From assembly GCF_006345805.1 (NCBI RefSeq), contig NW_021833447.1, positions 1-64,000 of the forward strand: a stretch of 64,000 bases of DNA, written 5' to 3'. The notes beneath the pieces were generated by a model that worked only from the letters and a program-made list of their open reading frames with translations, had not been told where the DNA came from and did not search any database. This DNA is from Octopus sinensis. Its lineage: Eukaryota. Numbering within the stretch: position 1 is the first letter of the stretch; each line of letters starts with the position of its first letter. Both the position numbers and the translations under genes were made by a program. Of this stretch, positions 53,435 through 64,000 are shown one piece after another.

Positions 53435-53805
53435 TTTTATTAATTTACTTGTTTCAGTTATTTGACTGCAACCATGCTGGAGCACCGCCTCGAAGTGTTT
53501 TAGTCAAACAAGTTGATAGCAGGATCTTTTTTTTTAAAGCCTAGTACGTATCCTATTGGCTTATTTTGACGAACCGCTAGATTGCGAGGACGTAAACATA
53601 CCAACAGTGGTTATCAAGCGATGATGGGAGGACAAACACAAACACACATAAAGAGCTTCATTCAGTTTCTACCTACCAAATTTCAAAAGGATTTGATCAG
53701 CCCGAGGGTATTCTAGAAGACATTTGTCCAAAGTGCCGTGCAGTGGGACTGAACCCGGAACCCTGTGGTTGGGAAGCAACCGTCTTACCATACAGCTACG
53801 CTTGC
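53435..53805 (-). mobile_element. SINE family A, full length
   Basis: ttacttgtttcagttatttgac..ccatgctggagcaccgcc..gcagtgggactgaacccggaaccctgtggttgg. Confidence 0.85.
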
Positions 53806-53990
53806 GCTTACATATATATGTGTGTGTGTGTATATATATACAAACACATACACCTGTATACATACTCGTACTGTCTTCCTATAAGAGCTTTCTTAACCTT
53901 GACCATTTTGACATATACATGCATGCAGGTGTGTGTGTGTCTTGCCTGTCATTCAAATATCCAGTCCTCATACACACGTTAAACATATAT

Positions 53991-54390
53991 ACTCTTTTAC
54001 ACTTTTACTTGTTTCAGTCATTTGACTGCGGCCATGCTGGAGCACCGCCTTTAATCGAGCAAATCGACCCCGGGACTTATTCTTTGTAAGCCCAGTACTT
54101 ATTCTATCGGTCTCTTTTGCCGAACCGCTAAGTAACGGGGACGTAAACACACCAGCATCGGTTGTCAAGCAATGCTAGGGGGACAAACACAGACACACAA
54201 ACACACACACGCATATATATATATACATATATACGACGGGCTTCTTTCAGTTTCCGTCTACCAAATCCACTCACAAGGCATTGGTCGGCCCGGGGCTACA
54301 GCAGAAGACACTTGCCCAAGATACCACACAGTGGGACTGAACCCGGAACCATGTGGTTGGTTAGCAAGCTACTTACCACACAGCCACTCC
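53991..54390 (-). mobile_element. SINE family A, full length, youngest-looking copy
   Basis: Near-consensus throughout, with (cttttaca)n tail and intact head. Confidence 0.94.
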
Positions 54391-54994
54391 AGCGCCTATT
54401 GTCTTAGGAAATTAAAAACTAAAGGGTTTATTAGTTACATTTGTAGTTTCTTCATTTGATCAAAAAGCTCAACGTTGAACGCCAAAGCCGGCCGAAAGTT
54501 CATCCTACACTCGAATGCTACATCCTGATACAAAGCAGCTGTTGAAGCTGACAACGTATCAGGGATCATTCTTAGACAATACATACAAGATAGGGAAGCA
54601 AATGTTTTGTATGTATTCTTGTTAAATATTTACAGAGACGTGGGTTTTTACTGATGTAGCATTACAGCTGTCCTTGTTCTGGTCTAATGAACCTCCTTGT
54701 TTGTTATTTTATTTCAGAATTTATTGGAGCAACTCTCTTCGAAGTCTCATATTGTCGTTGAATGCTCGAAATGAGGAGTAGAAAGACCGCCGACAACTGA
54801 TGAAGGGTCTTCTCTCTGTCCTTACTTGGCCTGTTCTCCATATTTCCTCTCGTTGTTTACCTATTTAACTCGTTGTTTATGCATTTCGTGTTATTTGCAC
54901 CGTTGGTGACGCCTTGTACCCATATATGCATGTATATTATATATCTACATGTATACACACACACACACACACATGTATATATATACACCTTATT

Positions 54995-55297
54995 TTTTTT
55001 ACATATTTCCGTCATTTTGACTGCGGCCATGCTGGAGTACTGCCTTTAGTTGAACAAACAGGAATTTGTAAGCCTTGTAATTATTTTGCTGAGCTAATAA
55101 GTGATGGGGACGTAAACACTCCAGCATCCGTTGAGAAGCGATGGTGGGGAACGAAGTCACATAAACACAGACACACTCACAAGGTTTTCGTTGGCGCGGG
55201 GATATAGAAGAAAACACTTGTCCAAGGTGCCACACATTGGGACTGAAACTGGAACCATGTGGTTCGCAAGCATGCTTCTTAGCACACAGCCATGCAC
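54995..55297 (-). mobile_element. SINE family A, degraded full length
   Basis: gtcattttgactgcggccatgctggag..ggggacgtaaacact..caaggtgccacacattgggactgaaactggaaccatgtgg. Confidence 0.82.
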
Positions 55298-55538
55298 GCG
55301 ACTATATGTATGTATGTAGCGACTGAAGAAGGGGATTTTTCGTTGTGCTTATTGTCCTGTATCTCTCCCTTTTTTTTGCTTGTCTTGTTCCTTGGTTTGT
55401 GTCTGTGTGTTTCGTCTCTCTATGTGTTCGACGTCTTTTTGGTGTCCTGTACACATATATGCGTGTATATGTACATGTAGAGGTAGGTACGTACATATAT
55501 GTTTATATATATGCATATATTCTATTTTATTAACATAT

Positions 55539-55629
<91 letters not shown>

Positions 55630-56307
55630 CACACATATTTATATATACACACAAATATATACATATATATATATATATATATAGTGTTTTTGTGTATATA
55701 CAGCATCCAGAGAGGCATGGAGGTCTACAGTAATTGTGTGTGAAATTACGTGTGAATGTTTGCGAGTGTGTCTTCCATGTTTTTCTTCTTCTCCATAAGT
55801 CAATCAAATGAGCGAGATTTGTAAAGATACTGAATTCAAATGTTAACTCCAGTTGACAAATCACTAACCGTGTCTTGACATAAAACTGATGTTATTACAA
55901 AACAAATCACATGTTTCATAAAAACAACAACAACAACAACAACAACAACAAAACACAACTTTATTCTAATTAGCCTCAAGTCAATTACGCAATTGCTGTT
56001 TATTTTTACTTGTCAGTTTTTTCGTTGTTGTTTGTTTTTTTGTTTTTACATTTTTATTTTTCTCGTTTCATTAATTCTTTTTGTTTCTATTTCGTTTTGC
56101 CATGTTTGCTCGATTTTCTGTTGAGGCTTTTGTCTTGTCTTCAAGTCTTTCATTTAAAAACCACCACCACAACAACTACTACTACTACTACTGCTGCTGT
56201 TACCGTTTTTGATGTTGCTGTTGTCCATTCTCAACACATTTGCCATTCCAATAACTTCTAGAATAAATACATTTTCCTGTTTTTTTCCCGTTTACATTGA
56301 TCATTAT

Positions 56308-56348
<41 letters not shown>

Positions 56349-56629
56349 TATATATATATATTGGTTATGTCAGTTTGTTATGCTATATGTTGTTTCTTTC
56401 TTTTTTTTTTTCCATTTAACACATATACTCACATTCTTAATTAAAACACGTACGTGTACAGATACATATCTATATAAAGAAACACGTGTTATGCATATCT
56501 AAAAATGTATACGCGTGTATGTATAATATATATATGCGTGTGTATTCATATGTATACATCCACATCTGTCTAGCTATTATCGACCCGTGTTTCTCTCCTT
56601 CCCTATATATATATATATATATATATATC

Positions 56630-56674
<45 letters not shown>

Positions 56675-57184
56675 TCCATACATAACATATCAAAACACAT
56701 GCTGTTGAATATCTGGTTAACTGAGTACACACAGGATCTCTTTTCGTTCAGGTGTACGACTCACCTACTCTTGTGTGTGTGTGAAACAACTATTTACATA
56801 GCTCCCTTGTGTGCGTGCGTGTGTGTATATGTAGATATACACACATGCATATATATGTATGTAAGTGGCGGTATTCGAAACACCCCCATGTGATGTCAAG
56901 TCATATCAAAATGGTCTCCTAGTGACGTCACCGTAGACACTGTCTAATGACCTAGGAACAAATTCCTTGTATTGATGATACAACGAACACCCTAAAATGA
57001 CATGTTGAACACAACTTAGCAGAATCGCAATAGTGCGTCGGACAAAATGCATTTCGGTATATTTTTAATGCTCGTATGAGTTTTTACTTTAGATCCTGTG
57101 TTGGTTAAATTTGCCTTCATCTTGTCGGGGTAGCCAGAATAAAGACTTGGACATAATTGGGGGTAGATTTATATTCTTCTAGTG

Positions 57185-57444
57185 CAGTGATTCTCATCCG
57201 GGGTCTAATGCCCCTTTGGGAATCCATATAAAATTATATTATTAAAATTTCTGTGCAATAAATTGATTATAATTGTACACGATGCAAATATTGAAAAAAA
57301 TTTTTTTTAATGCAATTCTTTAAAATGTTTAATTATAAATATGCGATAGAATTTCTTTTTTAACATTGAATAATTATGAGGGTCCACTCGAATAAAGACA
57401 GGATCAAAGGGGATTCATTAGGAGGAAATGATTGAAAACCTCTG
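57185..57444. mobile_element. hAT/Charlie-like MITE
   Basis: Ends CAGTGATTCTCATCC / GATTGAAAACCTCTG resemble the Charlie CAGTGGTTCTCAACC terminus. 8-bp flanks TTCTAGTG / CTCTAATG (6/8 identical, NTCTAGAN-like). Confidence 0.72.
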
Positions 57445-58257
57445 CTCTAATGCATTGCGAATAGTAATAAAATTGTGATAGGAGACAAAATAACATGGCG
57501 ATGCAGTTGTGTTAAAGAAAACTGAGCAAAAGATTAGACGATGACACCTGAGTGTGAATGTTTCAAACTGGAGCTAAGACAACATTTAGGCAAAGATGTC
57601 TTCAGTGAATGTGGACCCAGATTAAACAAGAAGTACAGCAGCAGCGGCACCACCAATACCAGCCGTTCAAGAATTTGGACCTGGAGATCTCCATTTCCAG
57701 CGACTTTGAGGGCCACCTCCCAGTGGTGTCGGGCGTCATCGAATAGCCGTCGACTACAACAAGACGACTAAAGTTGTTTTTTCCCTCAAGGTCTGGGGTC
57801 TCCCGCTCCTAAGCCCTAGACCATTACCTAATCACCAACAGTAGCAGCAGCGGCACCACCACCACCACCAATAACAACAACAAGAACGACAGAACACACT
57901 CAAAACCATTTCTGAAAACATAGGTCAAGCATTGAGAGTAGGTGGGGTTGGATTAGTAACTCGAACGAGATACCAAGTTTCTGGAAGAAATTGGACATAA
58001 CGGATAGTTGAGGAGAAGCTGAAGAAGGAGGGTAAAGAACAGAGAGATAAAAAGAAACCCCAAAATGGTGCACCTATTGTTTCTGTTGGTACGATGGTGG
58101 TTATTTGAGGAAATGGTAAATTTCCTATTGTTTTTGTGGGATGTCCTCTAACTGTGATAAAGATGACGATATCTGCGTGTGTGTGCGCATGTCTGTGTGT
58201 GGGTTGTGGTGTATATATATATTATATATATATCTATATATATAAAAAACTTCTATT

Positions 58258-58345
58258 AGTGATTAGATTGCTGGCCATGCTGGGGCACGGCCTTGAGAAA
58301 TTTTAGTCGAATGTATCGATCCCAGTAATTTTTTTAAGCCTAGTA
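58258..58345 (-). mobile_element. SINE family A, 3' fragment
   Basis: ggccatgctggggcacggcc..ttagtcgaatgtatcgatcccagt..aagcctagta. Confidence 0.7.
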
Positions 58346-58407
58346 TATTTATATATATAATACGCTTTCAAATGACAGAAAAGAGCACTCAATAAATGGT
58401 CTGATAA

Positions 58408-58464
<57 letters not shown>

Positions 58465-59103
58465 ATGCATACATACCTGGAGGAAAAAAAATAAAGAAAT
58501 TATGTATATGTATTCTGCACAGTTAATGATTCCCCTTTCTCTCACTTTATGTATGTATGTATGTATGTATGTGTGTATATATTCCATTTTGGCCGTAGCC
58601 GCATAGAGGAAAGAACTAGAAAGAAATTATATATATGTGTGTATGTGTGTGTGTATATGTGTGATCATTAAACAGTTAATGATCCCCTACTGCATTAGTA
58701 AAGCTTCACATAGACAAAGTGTGTCTGAGATCTAGTTATTTGTGTGTGTGTGTGTGTGTGTGTAATGAGTTTATATATAGAGCTCTGGGTGAAAGTTCAA
58801 CTAAAGAGACACCACACAGTAGATTTGATAAATAATTTTAGCTTGGGCAAGAAAATAAGGCAGAGGGGTGGGGGGCTGTACAGGGAGAGGTAAAGGGAAG
58901 GAAAGAAAGAAAGGGGAACAGATGTGAAAGAGGTGGGAGGTGGTAAGATGATGTAACAATAGGTCTATTCAGTATGATATATATATATATAATATATATA
59001 TATATATATGGCGGGAGAGATTTAATTTTCGTTTGAATGTAGCAAAATAAATATGTATGTATATATGTGTGTATACCAAGGACTTATATCTACTCTTAAC
59101 AGT

Positions 59104-59137
<34 letters not shown>

Positions 59138-59378
59138 GCAATATTCTCACTGAAATATTAAAAGATACCATAATCGTTCTGAATAACAAAAAATAAAATT
59201 CAAACAAAAATACGTTAATGGATGAATGTTGAACACGGCAGATCTGTAGAGAGCTGACACACTCACATATTAATTTGTGTGTGTGTGAAATTACTCACAA
59301 ACGCACACATATATAATATATATATACTATATTGTTTGTATATAATATATAAATTCATATTATATATTATATAGTATG

Positions 59379-59409
<31 letters not shown>

Positions 59410-59462
59410 TATATTGTATGCATATACTATATATGGTATTGTATGTATATTATATATTATGT

Positions 59463-59495
<33 letters not shown>

Positions 59496-59989
59496 TATAT
59501 TGTATATGTATACATCATGTTGTATATATACACATATATATATATTAGTGTATGTATATCTTATAACATGTGTGGTATATATTATGTATATTACATATAT
59601 ACACACGCTCATATGTATATTATATATATATATACACACACACGTATATATTGTACTATATATGTGATATATGTTATGTATATTATATATATAAACATAT
59701 TACACAGACAAACATACACACACATAACATGTATATGCATGAAAACACTGAGTGCAATACAGTCGGACTTTAATCTGGTGAGCTATACACCACCCAGGGA
59801 TAGGACGCTAGTCCTTCCTCATTCTGCATAATTTAAGAGTAATTGCATAATGAGGCCTGCAATATTTGACTAAAAACTTATTTACATGCAGGTATTGTGA
59901 CTCCCAGCAGCCCTACATGTTCTGATAAGAGAATGCAAAAGTGGTTTCCCCATTCATTTCCATCACTAATTTTCATTTTCCTTATTATT

Positions 59990-60210
59990 TTCTAAATTTT
60001 CCTTGTTAGTAATATACCATCTTTTCAGCTGTTGCCAATTCCGAGAGGGTGAGGGCGAGATTCTACCCCAATATTCCACTGGTATTTTGTTTACTGTCAC
60101 CCTTTCTACCGTTAACGATAGGCCTTTCGGTAACCTCGGTGGAATTCGATCTGAGAGCACCGGCAGAAATACTGCGAACTATTCTGTCCCATGTTCTACG
60201 GCCTCTCTTA
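59990..60210 (-). mobile_element. SINE family B, degraded
   Basis: ccactggtattttgttt..ctttcggtaacctcggtggaattcga..gaaatactgc. Confidence 0.55.
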
Positions 60211-61174
60211 ATGCGCTTCAAGTATTATATTGTGTGTATATATTTCATATATACGATTGTCCCAGTAACATGATAACTGATCGACCACCAGGTGGCTGAT
60301 GGACAAAACACCGGATAGAATGCATGGATGAAAGGCAAAGTTGTGTTTGAAGTTAATGTTGTTGAGTTCTAACTATGCCAAAGTTAGCACCGCCCTTCAT
60401 CGTCCCAGGGCCGTTAATGTAAGATACCAAGTGAATACCGAACCAATTTACATGTAAATGAGATTATCATGGAGATCAAAATCAACAAATTTCTGAAAGC
60501 TGTCAACTGCTTCTGTAGAGCTTTCTGAGAATCTGAAGAAATCTATGACACGGTTGCTCTTATTGCCAGCTGATTCTGCGTCTTCGCCCTCTGTCAACTC
60601 TTTTGTGATCACACTACACCCATATTTTGCATCGAGTACCTTATATAAAATTCCTGCTTACGTCCACACGTCCTGCATATCAACCATGTCCGCATTCCAG
60701 ACGCGAGTCTTCTCTTTATTCTTGCAAACTATATCTTTTGTTTTAATAAACTTACTTTCAGAATTTTTGATTTTACTCTTACTGCCACGCTTGAACTTTT
60801 ACTTTACTAAATCTTTGGCAACTTCGTGATATCTGAGTTTCTAAGGACAGCCGGTTTGAAACTGCCTGGAGGACTTCAACAAACAGGAGCTCCTATTCGA
60901 AACCGGAAGGAAACCTACTGGCACACAATAAATGCCTCTAATTCTCAACTTCTTGACTGTGTCTGTGCACTGTTGTATGGTTGGTCCATACAATCCAATC
61001 ATCAACATTAGTTTACCTTAGCAAATAGACAACGGATTGTGGAACCCTAATCATATATATTTGCATGCATTCGCATACATACACACAAACATATATATAT
61101 ATATATAATATATATATATATATGTGTATATATATATATATATATATGTGTGTCAAGATTAATCAGCCGAAATT

Positions 61175-61290
61175 GCTACGATGATCCGGTTCTTGACTGA
61201 AGATTGAGGGCTTCGAATGTCCCGTCCGTGTTTTTTGTATCGTCTAAGTGTTTTGCGTTCTTGTCCCAGTTTGTATTTTTCTACATATAA
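61175..61290 (+). repeat. Second copy of the same dispersed repeat (internally deleted)
   Basis: Shares the blocks listed for 5362-5510 and abuts (TA)n. Confidence 0.6.
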
Positions 61291-62361
61291 TAATAATAGT
61301 AATAATAATATATATATATATATATATATATTTATGTACGTTTGTGTATCTTATGATAAACAGTAAAAAGATATCTCCAGTCAAGAATGCATCGAGATTA
61401 ATTAGTTATGAACCCTGCATCATACAAATACACACTGAGGCGTGCGTGCACATATACACATAAACACACTCGTATAATGTGTGTGTGTATATATATATAT
61501 ATACACACACGCACACACAACATAATTATCCTTACACACTCACTTAGGTCGTTCTTCACACTAATTAGAATTTTCACGATTTCGAATGTGATGCTATGAG
61601 GGAACATATACACGCATTCACACACATTTCTTTATGTGTGTGTGTGTGTGGTGTGTGTGTGTGTGTATATATATATAATATACACACATATATATAAGCA
61701 AATCAAAAATAAAGAAAAACAGGAAAACGAACAACAAAAGTTAGTTAGACGAATACAATAAAAATATATCAGATGGAAGTCTTAGATGGAAAAATACCAA
61801 TAGAAATGATGTTTCGAGCATGGCTCTTCATCGGGAAGAGGAAGAATGCCAGAGGGGAGAAAAAGGGGGGAAAGAACAGATACACACACAGAGACACACT
61901 GAGGGATATTAAAGTATTATAAAGTATGTTCGTATGTATACATCCGAGCTTTTTCACCTTTTTTTAAAGAGAAAAGTAGTTAATTTTTCATATATTTCAT
62001 ATTTTAATCTATAAGAGCGCATAAATACGGTTGAATTTTTCTAATTTTTTCGGTGCAGTTATTTGTGCTATATTCGGAGACAAACTTATTGGAGAAATAC
62101 TCACACACGCACATTAAGCAAACATTGCATGTATGCATATCTCCATGGTGATCAGCTTTGGTTGCCTTCACCACAAAACAACTTCGAGCAGATCTGCACC
62201 CATGCAAATAGGTTGAGCCTATCATAACGGGCATGAGGAATTCCCCAGAAGGGACAGAAGTCTAATTTGGTGAAGAAAAACAACAGAATCCCCGCTTTAG
62301 AGAACATGAAAATAAATAAGTATATACTTCACAATCGTAACTTTTATTTATCTCTATTGCG

Positions 62362-62735
62362 AACAGATCTAAGGCGGTGGCACAGTAGACAAAATACTTA
62401 GCGGCACTTCGGTCGTCTTTACGTGTTGAGTTCAAATTCCACCGAGCTCGGCTTAGTTTTTCATCCTTTCGGAGTCGATATATCATATTTTAATGTATAT
62501 AACGAACCCTTTTTTTTTTTTATTTGTCAAAAATTAGGTTAAAAGAATATGGGAGTTTCTTATACACGGATAGTATTATAATCCCTTACGAAACCATTTG
62601 TTTCAAATTTTAAGTCCCCAAAATAAGGGGGTTTCTTATACACGATAAAATATGGTAATAAGTACCAGTTGAACACTGGGGTCGATTTGATCGAACGACT
62701 TCTTCCCCACAAAATTTCAGGATTTATAGTAGATA
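62362..62735 (+). mobile_element. SINE family B interrupted by a MITE
   Basis: Head to gtcgata (62480), resumes at 62658 ataagtaccagttgaacactggggtcg. Confidence 0.8.
62483..62655. mobile_element. pogo-like MITE nested in a SINE family B copy
   Basis: TIRs tcatattttaatgtatataacgaaccc / ggggtttcttatacacgataaaatatgg, TA duplicated at 62481-82 and 62656-57. The SINE resumes seamlessly afterwards (ataagtaccag). Confidence 0.75.
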
Positions 62736-63229
62736 AGGTTATGATTCCTTCTGTTTTTGTTCTCTATAACTACTCACAATTTTATAAATGGCCATAGTAT
62801 CAAGTGGACACTCTCATACCGTATTATTTTCTTTTAATGTCTTAATTGAAAATACTGCACCTTACAGGCAATGCCGCGTGACACACAGACAATAAATCTA
62901 AAAATAACTGTAAACAGAATTTTATTGTAAAAATTCGTCGCTTTCAGAGTATGTCATAAAGTATTGTTAAAATTTACCAGTGTATAATTTCACAAAACAG
63001 GGGAACCAGTTGAGCAATTTAGAGACAAAAAGAAGTGATGACATATCTATCGTTTGCAAAGAGGGATAACGTATTCAAAACACGGGTTTAGGGAGCGGTA
63101 GCTTCAATACTTGCCAAGGACAAATAGGATAACCATTAATACAACATCTTAGAGAGGAGAGCCTGGAATAGTTTAGTGAACCGCAAAGTTAAAGAAGAGT
63201 CCCTTTGAATATGAAGAGGAGGTAAACGT

Positions 63230-63620
63230 AGTTTTAACCGCACCGTGCACTTGTGTTGGTGGTTTATCTGGAATGAGTTGAGATGGTTCGAATCCATGAA
63301 TCACCAACGCTATGAACAGTAGCCTAGCATAGGAACAACAGAGACCTGACACTGACATTCCATACACTATTCGCTAGGTTTGTCTGTGTACACATACACA
63401 CAGAACAATCATCTTTAGTTCTCTCGGTGAATATAGGATAATAACTGCTCTGAAATGATTTTATAATCGAAACCAGTGAATGCTGATAGATGATTAAACG
63501 CTTGGAATAAGGATCTGTTAGTTGACGAGGGTGTATGCATTGCCCCAGACACTCAATCATATTTGCATATGTTTTCAGGTAAGGGGGCACGAGCTATGAG
63601 AAGATACAAGAAGATTTGAA
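63230..63620 (-). pseudogene. Degraded CR1-like LINE ORF2 C-terminal remnant
   Basis: Minus-strand pieces KTYANMIECL..PYSKRLIIY, NVSVRSLLF and IPDKPPTQ occur in the order of the CR1 motifs QRxYTKKI..LYSLxRRRERYxIIY, NSFSVRGPxLFN and IPDEP. Frameshifted. Confidence 0.45.
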
Positions 63621-63965
63621 CCTGGATCTGATGTGATAGGCATATTTGGAAGTTAGTGTACTAAAGAAACAATAGCGCCTTTCTCTCACATGGCCATAAC
63701 AATATGCTTGAAATTATAACCCAAAACTTCGCAAATAAACAACCGCCTCAAGTTGTATCTGGCTTCAAAATGGAGATCATATAAAAAGTATTCCTAGAAA
63801 TCATCACTATGGCGGTTGATCCAAACCAAACCAAACCAAACCAAACCTAGGGACCTCGAACTTAAAGACAGACAACACAGCACACACCAAACGTTGAAGT
63901 ATTAATTGGTTACAAGACACACATACATTATATATACATACATACATATATATATAATATATATA

Positions 63966-64000
<35 letters not shown>

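Noticed and set aside
54350-54390. tRNA gene (A/B-box-like motifs in SINE heads)
   Set aside because: No cloverleaf, and the heads continue into SINE bodies present in many copies.
54524-54563. Hairpin cctgatac..gtatcagg
   Set aside because: 8-bp outer stem with a poorly paired interior, consistent with chance.
57541-57771. 76-aa ORF in GC-richer sequence
   Set aside because: No recognisable domain in any frame; possibly a LINE 3' remnant but I cannot support a call.

Overview
AT-rich, microsatellite-dense eukaryotic DNA. The SINE content, (TA)n/(CA)n/(TATC)n/(ATT)n arrays and LINE remnants match what I recall of Octopus (coleoid cephalopod) intronic/intergenic sequence; the taxon is an inference. 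I cannot support any intact host protein-coding exon, tRNA, rRNA, CRISPR array or conserved miRNA, and most of the ORF track is translated microsatellite. Supported: about 30 tRNA-derived SINE copies (two main families plus minor ones); a dead Tc1-type transposon with D..D37E spacing and ~330-bp inverted arms; four MITEs (three pogo/Tigger-like, one hAT/Charlie-like); a truncated R4/Dong-type LINE tail inside a (TAA)n tract; and a CR1-like 3' remnant. Most worth a second look: a candidate divergent promoter region at 31.3-33.1 kb (ETS/CRE motifs, Inr, splice donors), across which SINE family A orientation flips; inverted SINE pairs that would form ADAR-type dsRNA; a dense YY1/Pho-motif cluster; two decayed hammerhead-ribozyme-like cores; a MITE flanked by a perfect 37-bp duplication; and a ~43-bp palindrome-bearing minisatellite. 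All of these are hypotheses from reading by eye; none is a confirmed new system.
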